Positions 16,343 to 25,799 of a stretch of DNA of 30,820 nucleotides are shown here, piece after piece. Every line of letters begins with the position of its first letter. The first letter of the stretch is position 1. The DNA is from a virus (Duplodnaviria > Caudoviricetes). A program made the position numbers and the translations under genes. The notes under the pieces were generated by a model, which searched no databases, was not told the DNA's origin, and saw only the letters and a program-made list of their open reading frames with translations. The stretch spans positions 1 through 30,820 of the IMG/VR virus record IMGVR_UViG_3300049844_000026, one strand, 5' to 3'.

Positions 16343-19300
16343 ACCACCGCCCTCGTTTCTGGAATGCCGTCAATATCCCAACGCTCGACGACTTTTGTAA
16401 GTCTTGATTGTAGTTGGACAATCGCTCTGGCTTGTGCCTGATTGTCAACTCTCAAGGCAGAAATCTCCTCAATCAGCATGGCTGTCGATGACGATCCAGA
16501 CATCAATCCAGCGGTTGTCGATGTTGGAGTCAGCTCCAAACCGTCAGTCTGCGTATTGGCTGCCAGGTCAACCGATGAGATCGTGGAAATTGCCTTTTCA
16601 GCAGATCCGGCTCCAAGCACTGCCAGCGTCTCAGATAGGCTACCAGCCAAGAAGCCACGCATACGTGCAACTTCGCTTGCCGTGCTTGCAGTTAGGGTAA
16701 ACGCTTGCTCCAGTGCTGTACTGATTGTCGGCAGCTTCGACAACGCAGTCAGATCGCCTGCGCGAGCCTGAGCTGTAGTTGTCGCGAACTGAGCCTGCAA
16801 TGCAGCAGCTGATTGCTCTGCCGTCGATCCTGTCATGGATTGCTTGAGTCGTTCAATCTCGCTTACAGTACCTTGGCTTGCCTGTTGCAATGCCTCTTGT
16901 GCAGCCTTTTCGTCCTGCAACGCCCAGATGCGTTCTTGCAATGCGCGATTCGATTCATTCAGCGATCCAAGCTCAATCTTGCGAATCTCGGCCACATTGT
17001 TCGTCTCTTGCAGCAATTGCATCTCAAGGCTGCTACGCTCATTGGCCAGATTCTGCTCAGCCAACGCGGCCTCTTCAGCCGCAGCCTTTGCATCTTGCAG
17101 TGCAGTCACCTGATCAAACAATGCACGGTTTGTTTCGCTCAATGCAGCACGCTCAAGCTCACGAAGCGCTTTTGTGTCACCTTGCAATTGCAAGATCTGC
17201 TTGTCAAGACCTGCACGCTCCTGAGCTACAGCGTCCTCTTCTTGCAGGGCTGTAATCTTGTCGTACAAGGCTCGGTTAGTCTCATCCAGTGCAGCACGCT
17301 CACGGGCGCGTAAAGCAACGGTGTCGCCCTGCAAATTCAGCAGAGTTGTCTCAAGACCGTATCTCTGACTTGCGATTGCTTGCTTTGCCTGCTCAAGCGA
17401 ATCAATGTAGGCCGCAAACTGTGGAGCCAACTCAAGCAAAGCATCGCGCTGGCGCTTGCCAGCTTCTGTTGCTGTGTCTTGGGCGTCGACCAGCTTCCTG
17501 TACTCTTCGATGGTTGTTGGCAGTTTTGCCGAAACCATATCTGGCAAGAGTTCTTTAAACGACCTGTACAGGTAGCCTTTAAACAAAGAGAAGCCGGTAA
17601 TTTGCTTGCTCGTAACCTCAACCCATCCAGCCTGAGTCTTGATGCCAATTGCATCAAACGATGCTTGCAAGTTCTTCAGGTAATCAGCTTGCTGTGCGGC
17701 AGGATCAAGCAAATACTGCGTGTAGTTGCTTTGCAGATTCTGGCTGGCTTTTGTCACAGCATCAAATGCTGGGGCAAGCGAGATCAGTGCAGCGTATGTC
17801 TTCTGGCCAGCGTCAGTGTTTAGATTCTGAGCGTTGACCAATTGCTTGTACTGCTCGACACTCTTTGGAATTGCCAAACCAATTGAGGAGAAACCCTCTT
17901 TCAGAACCTTTGCAACCTGAGCGTTTTTCTCCAAATCAGAGAAGAATGCCTCGTAATATGCAGATGTCTGGCTGCGGAAGTTTTCAACGCCGCCGAACAC
18001 GTCGATCAGGTTGCTTGCAGCAACGGATGATTGAACTGAAATTGAAAGCAGGTTGTCATTAAACAGCTTCAACACCGAGTTGACAGCGCCAAGACTTTCA
18101 CTCAATCGCATCAGTGTCTGGGTTGCAGTCTCGCCCTCTTTCTTAACTGGCACAAACCAGCCGTCGAAGAACGCAAATGCGTTGTCGTTGATGATTCGCT
18201 TGGCCAGATCTTCAGAGAATCCACCCAGCGCGTCTTCAATGGCTTTGCCTTGAGCAGTTGCATCAAGTCCAGCCAAGCTGATCTTGATTGACTTGGCGTA
18301 GTTGTTGATTGAGCTCGCGCCTGCACCAATAGACTTCGCATACTCACGAGTCGAGTCGGTGATGTTTTTGACAGAAGAGTCAAGGAAGCGATCCAACTCA
18401 GTCGACACTGCGCTGAAGTTCGTGCCAGATCTGCTTGAACGGAACCAGCCACCAGACTGAGACCACTCTTGGAAGTTGCGCACATCAGCCCCAGTCTGTG
18501 TGGAGAACGTGCCAGAGATGCCGGAGCCAGTTGTGCGCACTGCGCCCATGCCGAATGCGCGGTTGATAATGCCAGACACAACGCCAGCCAGAGGGCCTGT
18601 GTACGCAGAGCCAACAACCGTGGCGATGTCCATCAGCTTTCCGTTGCCGATCTTGTATTCGCCGCTGATTGCCTTGCTCATGGCGTATGCGGCAATCGCG
18701 TTGCCAGCCACAGTCAGCGCTTGTTGTGTTGCTAGGCCGCTTTGGGTAAGCGCGTAAGATCCTTGGCCAGCTGCTGTCGTTGGGCCAGCCGCCTGAGTGG
18801 CCAATCCTAATGACTGGCCAGTACTGGTTGATGCTACAGCTCCAAAACCTTGAGCGATAGCAGATGCAACACCATCAGTCAAAACGGTCTTGATGCCGCT
18901 GAGCATCTGGAACGTAGACATTCCATTGGCAAAGCTCAACGACGATGAGCTCGCACCAGCAGACCCAGACGCAGCACCAGCAGCCTGCGCACCAGCTGAG
19001 AACAGAGACAGAATTCCGCCACCAATAGGAGCAATGATCGCAGAGATAGTCGGACGAAGAATCATCGTCTTAAACATATTCTCAAGCGTGTCTCTGAGGT
19101 TCTGGCCAAGGCTCTTACCGCTTTCGAAGCCGCGCATCAATGCGTCAGTCAATGACTGGTTGATCTGATCTGCCGTCTTGGCGAAGTCGTCTTGGATGAC
19201 TTTGTTGATTGCGGCAGATTTCTCGATTGCTTTGGCTTCGTCTATAACCTCAATTGCAGCCTTCTTTTTGTCGGCGTTCATGCCTGATTGTTCGATCTCT

Positions 19301-21375
19301 CGAATCTGCTTCGCATACTTCAGATCAACTGCGCGAGCAGCGACGATTTTCTGACGCTCAAGCGCTGTCAAACCAGTCAAGCGAAGCTCATCCTCATAGA
19401 CTTTCGCGATCTCTTTTGCATTTGCCAAAGACTCCTCAGCTCCAGCCATGATTGTTTCTGACTGAATCTGCTTTTGCACCTCGCCAAGCGACGTGTATGC
19501 GCCTTCCAGATCCTTGAGCAACTTACGCTCGCCAGCGCTCTTCGCGTTGGCAATCTGCTCAGACACGCGAGCTGCTTCTTTTTCGCCTTCGGTGATCTTT
19601 GCAGCAAACTTACCACGCTCCTCAAGTCTGGCAAGCATCTCTTTCTCAGATTTAATGCGAGCTTGAACTGCCGAAATCTGATTGTTGATAGAGTCTGCGT
19701 ATTCCTTGCCAGCGCCGCGATTGATGCCATCAATGACTGTGTTGTAGTCGCGCAGGACTGCGTTGTATTCGGCGGTTCCTTTTGCCAGTCCAACTAGAGC
19801 CTTCTCTTTTGCGGCATCTGCCTGTGCGCGTTCTATCTCTCGTTTCTTCTCATCAGAGTAAAACGACTTTGCCTTTTCACCAAGACCAATTGCTGCTGAC
19901 TCTTGCTGATTTTTAATTCGCTTCGCTTCTGCGTCAGCAATATCCTTGGTGATTCCCAAGAAGTCTTCTCGCAACTTGATGCGAGCTTTTAATTCTGTAA
20001 TTTCAGCTTGCGTACGCTCAGATCCCTGACGACCTTCAAGCGACTTCAAATATTCTTGCTTATTGGCCAATTGCTTGCGCAAATTGTTGAGCTCTGCGTC
20101 TGGTCTACCAATGTCAAGAAGGCCATCACGCAATCCAGCTAGTGCTCCAATGGTCGATTCTTTGAGTGATTTCCAAGACCTCTCAATCAGGCCAATGTTT
20201 GATACCAGCTTTGGTGTAGCGCCTTCAAGTGATGCTGAGTAAGCATCCTGAGCAACTTTTGCAGCCTCAGTCGTCTTTCCCTGTTCTTCTAGCGCCTTGA
20301 TTTGCGCATATACAGATCGAGTCAGGTAATTAGTTGATTCAGTTAGCTTCATTGAAGCCTGCAACGGAGCCTTGCCAAGATCTTCAAAGTTCTTGATTAC
20401 ATTCTCTACAGAATCACCGCCTGCCTTTTCAAATTCAATGGCAGCTTTGGTGAATCGCTCGAAGTTCTCTTTTCCGATCTTGCCAGACTGTGCGAAAGCA
20501 TTCAAAACCTCGGCAGCGCGGCTTTGTGTAATTGAGCCTTTATCGAGGCTTGCAGCCATCTTGCTCAATTCGAGCGCAGTGGTTCCTGCGGCATTGCCAG
20601 TCAGGATCAATGTCTTATTGAAGGCCTCCGTCTCGGCTGCGCCTTTCATGTAGCCGTAGGTAACAATTCCGAGTGCAGCTGCAACTGCCGTGTACGGATT
20701 AACCAATCCAGCGATATAGCCAGCCAGCGCCCGCGCAGCCAATCCGGCACTACCAAAAATATCCTTCAGCTGACCACCCTGTTGCAACAGCACAGTCAAT
20801 GGAGCTTGACCGCCTTGCAGTGACACCACAATGTCGGTGAACTGAGCTGGAACCTGACGCAGAGCAGCGGCTGTAGCCTTGGCTGTCATGCCGTATTCGT
20901 TGAGCTGCTTGCTGCCCTTGCCAAGAGATCCGTTTACGGCTTCGTTGGCTTTTTCAATTTCGCGCAGCTTGGCCAGGTATGGCTCCAGCTTTGTCATGTC
21001 TGCGCCGCGCTGCTCGGCGATTTTGGCCTGATATGCAGCTGTACCCTTGCCACCAGCCTCAAGCTCGGCTGTGGATCGCTGTACGGCCGCAATGATGCTG
21101 TTTGTGGCGCGTTCTTGGCGCTTAGCGACCTTTTCGGCCTCTTCCGCGAGCTTCTTTTGCTCTTGAATGACTTTTTTGATGCCAACGCCAGTTTGATCAG
21201 CAGCCTCCTGAGTCTTGTTGAACGACTCAGTGGCTTTCTTGCTTTGCTGATCTAGCGCCTGCGACAGCTCGTTGATCGAGTCCTTGGCTACCTTGGTTCC
21301 GTCCTTAACACCAGAGGCGTCAACGCCCATCTCAATGTTAATTTTTGGATTGTTTGAGTTACCTTGAGTAGCCAT
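16339..21375 (-). CDS. Tail tape measure protein
   Basis: 1678 aa, Ala-rich helical. Lambda-type N-terminal motif PAQFTDIVVSLQGGQAPLTVLLQQGGQLKDIFG. Follows the chaperone pair. Confidence 0.95.
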   Translation of the reverse strand: MATQGNSNNPKINIEMGVDASGVKDGTKVAKDSINELSQALDQQSKKATESFNKTQEAADQTGVGIKKVIQEQKKLAEEAEKVAKRQERATNSIIAAVQRSTAELEAGGKGTAAYQAKIAEQRGADMTKLEPYLAKLREIEKANEAVNGSLGKGSKQLNEYGMTAKATAAALRQVPAQFTDIVVSLQGGQAPLTVLLQQGGQLKDIFGSAGLAARALAGYIAGLVNPYTAVAAALGIVTYGYMKGAAETEAFNKTLILTGNAAGTTALELSKMAASLDKGSITQSRAAEVLNAFAQSGKIGKENFERFTKAAIEFEKAGGDSVENVIKNFEDLGKAPLQASMKLTESTNYLTRSVYAQIKALEEQGKTTEAAKVAQDAYSASLEGATPKLVSNIGLIERSWKSLKESTIGALAGLRDGLLDIGRPDAELNNLRKQLANKQEYLKSLEGRQGSERTQAEITELKARIKLREDFLGITKDIADAEAKRIKNQQESAAIGLGEKAKSFYSDEKKREIERAQADAAKEKALVGLAKGTAEYNAVLRDYNTVIDGINRGAGKEYADSINNQISAVQARIKSEKEMLARLEERGKFAAKITEGEKEAARVSEQIANAKSAGERKLLKDLEGAYTSLGEVQKQIQSETIMAGAEESLANAKEIAKVYEDELRLTGLTALERQKIVAARAVDLKYAKQIREIEQSGMNADKKKAAIEVIDEAKAIEKSAAINKVIQDDFAKTADQINQSLTDALMRGFESGKSLGQNLRDTLENMFKTMILRPTISAIIAPIGGGILSLFSAGAQAAGAASGSAGASSSSLSFANGMSTFQMLSGIKTVLTDGVASAIAQGFGAVASTSTGQSLGLATQAAGPTTAAGQGSYALTQSGLATQQALTVAGNAIAAYAMSKAISGEYKIGNGKLMDIATVVGSAYTGPLAGVVSGIINRAFGMGAVRTTGSGISGTFSTQTGADVRNFQEWSQSGGWFRSSRSGTNFSAVSTELDRFLDSSVKNITDSTREYAKSIGAGASSINNYAKSIKISLAGLDATAQGKAIEDALGGFSEDLAKRIINDNAFAFFDGWFVPVKKEGETATQTLMRLSESLGAVNSVLKLFNDNLLSISVQSSVAASNLIDVFGGVENFRSQTSAYYEAFFSDLEKNAQVAKVLKEGFSSIGLAIPKSVEQYKQLVNAQNLNTDAGQKTYAALISLAPAFDAVTKASQNLQSNYTQYLLDPAAQQADYLKNLQASFDAIGIKTQAGWVEVTSKQITGFSLFKGYLYRSFKELLPDMVSAKLPTTIEEYRKLVDAQDTATEAGKRQRDALLELAPQFAAYIDSLEQAKQAIASQRYGLETTLLNLQGDTVALRARERAALDETNRALYDKITALQEEDAVAQERAGLDKQILQLQGDTKALRELERAALSETNRALFDQVTALQDAKAAAEEAALAEQNLANERSSLEMQLLQETNNVAEIRKIELGSLNESNRALQERIWALQDEKAAQEALQQASQGTVSEIERLKQSMTGSTAEQSAAALQAQFATTTAQARAGDLTALSKLPTISTALEQAFTLTASTASEVARMRGFLAGSLSETLAVLGAGSAEKAISTISSVDLAANTQTDGLELTPTSTTAGLMSGSSSTAMLIEEISALRVDNQAQARAIVQLQSRLTKVVERWDIDGIPETRAVV

Positions 21376-21382
21376 GCAGCAC

Positions 21383-21703
21383 CTAACTGTTTGCTTGGCG
21401 CATTGATTCCAATGCCGCCGATTCCATTACACGAATGTCATCGAATGCAACTTTCCAGTCGTTCGATGGCAGACCGAGATTATCAATCATGCGGAATAGG
21501 ACGTTGTAGTCCAAACCTGTCGGCCCACCCATCCCGATTCGCCACTGTGTAGCTATCGCGATAAACAGGTCTACAGTTTGCCAGTTTTCGGGCCAAACTT
21601 CAACTGTTTGAGATGCCATAAAGCCAGAAAGATCAAACCCATTTCTGGGCTTGTCTTTCGGCTCTGGCAGGTATAAAGCCGAAGCGACCCGTCTTAGTTT
21701 CCC
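21383..21703 (-). CDS. Tail assembly chaperone, -1 frameshift extension (gpT-like, DUF1799-like)
   Basis: VWPENW..F....TQWR.G..GPTGLDY motif. Entered by a -1 shift at GGGAAAC 21697-21703. Confidence 0.85.
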   Translation of the reverse strand, partial: GKLRRVASALYLPEPKDKPRNGFDLSGFMASQTVEVWPENWQTVDLFIAIATQWRIGMGGPTGLDYNVLFRMIDNLGLPSNDWKVAFDDIRVMESAALESMRQANS

Positions 21704-22086
21704 AGACGGCCTTCGGTGATGGCAGAACGATAGGTGTTCATGATGGCCATTGCAGCTGCTGGCAGCTCGTCGCACAGCTGAGCAACGGCACGGCGACTGA
21801 ATTCGATGTCCAAATTCCAGCCGTCAGCGACCTTCATGATGTAATCGGCATTGGTTTCTTTGGTCTTCTCAAGAGCATCTGTCAACGAGAATTTTTGCTC
21901 TTCCTCGCCAGATCCTGTTGGAGCAACGCCAGCATCGTCCATCAGTGTGTCGATCATCTTGCCAAATTCGGTGCGCGTGCGGTACACATAGCTCATCTCA
22001 ATTGAGCCTTCGCCGCCCTCAAGCATTGGAATGTTGACGATTGCTTTGAAATTCTTTGGGCGTGAGCCGAGTACGATTTTTGCCAT
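21694..22086 (-). CDS. Tail assembly chaperone (gpG-like)
   Basis: Start at ATG 22086 (MAKIVLG) after AAAGGA. Ends EGRLGN with slippery G GGA AAC before the stop. Confidence 0.9.
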   Translation of the reverse strand: MAKIVLGSRPKNFKAIVNIPMLEGGEGSIEMSYVYRTRTEFGKMIDTLMDDAGVAPTGSGEEEQKFSLTDALEKTKETNADYIMKVADGWNLDIEFSRRAVAQLCDELPAAAMAIMNTYRSAITEGRLGN

Positions 22087-22185
22087 TTGGATGTTTCCTT
22101 TGGGTGTTGAAAATGCCAGTAGAAGAGCTGTCAAGCAGATCATTTGGTTCACCCATTGTATTCCAAAACTTTTCAGTTGTGACAT

Positions 22186-22887
22186 TCACAACTTTACTCT
22201 TGGATATTTTTTACCAGTTCTAGATGCAGATATCTTTGCTCTAGTTTCATCGGAAACTATTCTTCCAATTGATGATTTTGATATTTTCGCCCTGTATTCA
22301 TCGCTAAGATTTTTCCCGAACAATGGATGATTTGATCCTAATTTTGATCTTGACATCTTTCTTCTTGATTCTTCAGAGAAAACTTTTCCCAAATGAGACT
22401 CAGACATCTTTCTTCTGGTTTTTTCGGATGCTTTTCTTCCCGTATTCTTTTTCGCAACCTTCTGAGAAATTTCCTTGCTCCTCATTGGATTAGCATCGCC
22501 CATCATTTTTTCTGACTTAGCCAATCTAACTTCTGGCCTTTTCGATACGTTTTTATCTCCCATCAATCTGTTCGATAAATTTTTTCTAGCTTCATCTGAC
22601 ATCTTCATTCCAGATGCGCCTTCTCCACCATCCGTAAGATTAACAAGAACACCTCCAAATTGACGCCTTCCATATTGCTTTATTAGTGAGGCTTCAACTC
22701 TAAATGCCTCGTCTTCTGACAAATGTTGAGAATGTATCTCAACATCAACACCATGTATTGATGCAACAGAAGCCCAAAATTTAGATCTTCTAGAAAAATC
22801 AACAGATCTATTTCCCCTGCCTTTTCCTACATAAAACACCTCTCCACTTGATTTTTTCTTGTGAAGATAGACGTAAAAATTGTTCAT
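22186..22887 (-). CDS. GIY-YIG-family homing endonuclease with NUMOD3-like repeats
   Basis: FYVY...FYVGKG..NR...EA...E..LI...NLTDGGEG, then repeated SEETRxKxS-type units. Visibly more AT-rich than its flanks. Confidence 0.9.
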   Translation of the reverse strand: MNNFYVYLHKKKSSGEVFYVGKGRGNRSVDFSRRSKFWASVASIHGVDVEIHSQHLSEDEAFRVEASLIKQYGRRQFGGVLVNLTDGGEGASGMKMSDEARKNLSNRLMGDKNVSKRPEVRLAKSEKMMGDANPMRSKEISQKVAKKNTGRKASEKTRRKMSESHLGKVFSEESRRKMSRSKLGSNHPLFGKNLSDEYRAKISKSSIGRIVSDETRAKISASRTGKKYPRVKL

Positions 22888-22926
22888 AAAAAAATAGGGC
22901 CATCAAACGATGGCCCTATTGTATCA
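22888..22926 (-). terminator. Terminator-like hairpin after the major tail gene, overlapped by an extended -10 box
   Basis: 12-bp stem 22893-22904/22909-22920 with a T7 run. TGA-TACAAT (22918-22926) overlaps the 5' arm. Confidence 0.65.
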
Positions 22927-22946
22927 GTTAGCTAGTGTAACTAATA

Positions 22947-23594
22947 TCAGCTCGCGTAGGAGATTGAGCGGCCCAACAAAGTCAAGGCAGCAGTGACGCT
23001 GTTTGCTTGGTTGACGTTCAACGATGGAGCTTCAGACACGCTCATGTAGCCGTAACCGTAAGTCACAGCGCCGCCAGACAAGACCATCTTGAATGCGACT
23101 TTAGACAATGTGCGGCTAATGTCCAACATGGCTTGGTAGTTGGCGTTCGCTGGATCGTGACCCAAAGTCAGCGTGATGCTGGTGGCGTTGAAGCCAGTAG
23201 GGATGTTGATCGCGTTGCGACGAGCGATTGGGTTGATGGTTGTGAAGCGAGCGTCACCGCCGGAAGTGGCAATGGTCAACACTTGAGGGATTTCAGTCCA
23301 GCTAGACACCTTCTGTGCGCTACCAGTACCAGTACCAGCAGAGTAGAAGTCAGTGTCAGTAGAGTTCAAGCCAGTGACGCCGAATGTGTCAGCAGTCAAT
23401 GAATCGACTTTATACACGGTGTCAGTCGCATCTTCCCAGCCAGAAGTCAAAACAACTTCATCGCCATCGGAATAACCGTGCGATGTAGCGCTTGCTACAG
23501 CTGGTGAAGCGTTAGACAACGCTGTGATTGTTTTTGCAGATGCGAAGTCCTGAGAAAAATAGAACTTGCTGCCTTCGGGGAAGAAATAGGCCAT
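22947..23594 (-). CDS. Major tail tube protein
   Basis: AGGAG RBS before ATG 23594. ITALSNASPAVA...HG...GD.V...SGW pattern. Lies between the tail terminator and the chaperone. Confidence 0.9.
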   Translation of the reverse strand: MAYFFPEGSKFYFSQDFASAKTITALSNASPAVASATSHGYSDGDEVVLTSGWEDATDTVYKVDSLTADTFGVTGLNSTDTDFYSAGTGTGSAQKVSSWTEIPQVLTIATSGGDARFTTINPIARRNAINIPTGFNATSITLTLGHDPANANYQAMLDISRTLSKVAFKMVLSGGAVTYGYGYMSVSEAPSLNVNQANSVTAALTLLGRSISYAS

Positions 23595-23704
23595 GATTAA
23601 AACTCCTGTGAAATGTCCGGCCGGACGAAGCACTTACGTGCGCCATTGAGCGAAAACCACTCTACGTAGATTTTAGAGTGATTTTCAGATGAGTTGCAAG
23701 CTCT

Positions 23705-24058
23705 TTATCGTAAGTCTCGGATGACAAAATCCTGAATCGCGCCACGCAAACCAGTCTCTTGATCTGCAACTGAAACCAACTCTGCTGAGGCCTGCGCAGC
23801 AAACAGAGTCGATGTGCGCAAAGCTGAATCTGCGGCCAATATCAATTGAGATGCGCCAAGCCTGGTTTCTGCCCATACGTTGATCTGGATCACGGCCTCG
23901 CGCATATTCGGCACTGATTTGCCAAGCGGCTTGATTGACGTGCCGCCAATTTGGTTCCAAGTGATGAACGGACGCGCAGTGTTCTCTGGCGCGAAGTCTG
24001 GATAGACGTTATCGCACACTGTTTTCAGGACTGTGTAGACGTTTGATTCGAGGCTCAT
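23705..24058 (-). CDS. Tail terminator / completion protein (DUF3168-like)
   Basis: VYPDFAP....PFITW.QIGG, IQINVWA; synteny. Confidence 0.85.
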   Translation of the reverse strand: MSLESNVYTVLKTVCDNVYPDFAPENTARPFITWNQIGGTSIKPLGKSVPNMREAVIQINVWAETRLGASQLILAADSALRTSTLFAAQASAELVSVADQETGLRGAIQDFVIRDLR

Positions 24059-24534
24059 AGTTCACCTAACTTTTTCATGATAGCTCCCTCAGCTGCCGCC
24101 AAGGCTTCTTTGTATTTGTTTACAAGTGCAGGACGTAAGAATGGCTGTCTATCTGGTGCGAATGGGTTTAATCCGTACTCAACAAACAAACCATACGGAG
24201 CTTTCTCGTAGTTCCAGCTCACATGATATGTAGCCCTAGTTGGACTTGAGTTGTCCTTTGAATACACCTGATAAATTGCTTTTTGCAGCGTTCCAGGATT
24301 GAATCTGTATCGACCCTCTTTGCTCTCGCTGCCTTTCTTCCATGATTTGCCATAAAAGAAGTGAGGCTTTGTGCTGCGTCCCGCAAGCCTCTTTGCCTCT
24401 TCGTAAATTACGTTTGCTCCAGCCTGTGCAGCCGGACGAATCGCCTCAACAGCGGCATCTTCTAGTCTTGAAAGCAAATCATCAAACTGGGATGTATCCA
24501 TCCCGTATGTGACGCTATTCTGACCTTTAGCCAC
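24055..24534 (-). CDS. HK97 gp10-like tail completion protein
   Basis: Probable GTG at 24534. APYGLFVEYG...QPFLRPA. Confidence 0.85.
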   Translation of the reverse strand: MAKGQNSVTYGMDTSQFDDLLSRLEDAAVEAIRPAAQAGANVIYEEAKRLAGRSTKPHFFYGKSWKKGSESKEGRYRFNPGTLQKAIYQVYSKDNSSPTRATYHVSWNYEKAPYGLFVEYGLNPFAPDRQPFLRPALVNKYKEALAAAEGAIMKKLGEL

Positions 24535-24847
24535 CGTATACCTCGCAGGCCAGATCCATGTATTCCTTGTTCTGCTTATCGCGCAAAACTGCTTTGATCT
24601 GGTAAACGATCGAGCCGTGTGAAACGCGCATTGCAGCAGTAATTCCGGCCTTGTAGCGCACTCGAATGCTGGCACGAATAGTCGATGTCACTTCGCCGGA
24701 TTTGACCTCTTCCAAACCGCTGCGATGGCGAATATCAGCCCAGACTGTCGCGTATGTCGTCCAAGTATTGACTGGCTGGCCAATCTCATCTTGCGTTGTC
24801 GATTGCTGCTGGATGATCACTCGATTTTTAAGTTGGCCTGCTCTCAT
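24527..24847 (-). CDS. Head closure / head-tail adaptor
   Basis: MRAGQLKNRVIIQ...DEIGQP...W...ATVWA...IRVRY..GITAAMRV. Confidence 0.9.
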   Translation of the reverse strand: MRAGQLKNRVIIQQQSTTQDEIGQPVNTWTTYATVWADIRHRSGLEEVKSGEVTSTIRASIRVRYKAGITAAMRVSHGSIVYQIKAVLRDKQNKEYMDLACEVYGG

Positions 24848-24848
24848 G

Positions 24849-25172
24849 TCACATTCCCATATTGATTCGGTACGGATCAAGCAGCCACTTGATGCCAAGC
24901 GGAAGCTCAATCACGTTGCCGCCAGATTGCTGGGTCACAGACTCGCGATTTTCGTAGAGCGTGCCAACCTGAAGCAGCACAGCAGCTTTAACTGCGTCTG
25001 TCATCACCAATCCATCCAAGTCGCTGCCAATGCTGGATGCGTATAGATTTCGGTTCAAATAGCTTGATGCCGCCTGCTCGCAGCCGTCCAGATACATCTG
25101 AATCAGAGTGTCTTCGTCTGAATGATCTACGCGAAGATGAAGTTTGGCCGCAGCCAGCGTGATGATGCTCAT
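24849..25172 (-). CDS. Head-tail connector (HK97 gp6-like)
   Basis: AKLHLRVD..DED.LI, KAAVLL.VG.LYENRE, LLDPYR. Confidence 0.92.
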   Translation of the reverse strand: MSIITLAAAKLHLRVDHSDEDTLIQMYLDGCEQAASSYLNRNLYASSIGSDLDGLVMTDAVKAAVLLQVGTLYENRESVTQQSGGNVIELPLGIKWLLDPYRINMGM

Positions 25173-25783
25173 GGTCTTTCTTCCCAGCGTGCTTTAAATA
25201 CGCCTTGTGCAGTTTGGTTTCCAATGTTTGTGATCGAGATATAGTATGTACCAGCAGGCATACCAATTGGGTCTGAACTGCCGCCGGACACAGAATCGCT
25301 CTTGTTTCCACTGTTCACCTGAAACACATCGAGCAGGTTGCCACCAGTTACAACTCCGCCATTGTCCATGTCTACGTGCGTGACATACGAAAAGTCAACG
25401 TCTGACGTGTTATTCACCCGCATGACTGGAATGTCGTTGATGAACGGACTCGTGACAGTGCTTCCAGATCGAAGTTCAACCCTTACGCTTCCAGCCCAAT
25501 TGTCAACAAGAAAACTATTCAGGAAAACATCAACCGTGGTGATTGCACGGATGGCAATGCTGGAGCCAGTATTGATCAAATACTCGTGGAACGCTGAAAA
25601 CTCACGCCCAGCAAAAAATCCAGTCTGGCCAACGTCAACACGAACGCGAGCATACTGCCCATCTTCGTCCGTCATCAACTTTGCTGGCGGATAAGCCTCA
25701 ACGCGCTCGGCGTGCGTTCCATCCCCTCGGTCAACGAGGAGCTTCTTTAAGCCCTGCCAGAATGGGAAGTTCGTATTGCTCAT
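25169..25783 (-). CDS. Hypothetical beta-rich protein, probably virion-associated
   Basis: 204 aa in the head operon, ATGA-coupled to the connector gene. Function not assignable. Confidence 0.7.
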   Translation of the reverse strand: MSNTNFPFWQGLKKLLVDRGDGTHAERVEAYPPAKLMTDEDGQYARVRVDVGQTGFFAGREFSAFHEYLINTGSSIAIRAITTVDVFLNSFLVDNWAGSVRVELRSGSTVTSPFINDIPVMRVNNTSDVDFSYVTHVDMDNGGVVTGGNLLDVFQVNSGNKSDSVSGGSSDPIGMPAGTYYISITNIGNQTAQGVFKARWEERP

Positions 25784-25799
25784 GCCCAGAGTTTACCTT

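Noticed and set aside
22095-22160. Structured RNA upstream of the tail chaperone (GGGTG...CACCC)
   Set aside because: Only two 5-bp helices are visible, which is too weak to call without covariation.
22089-22946. Group I intron around the GIY-YIG gene
   Set aside because: Both flanking genes are complete, and the non-coding flanks (about 60 and 100 nt) are too short for a ribozyme core.
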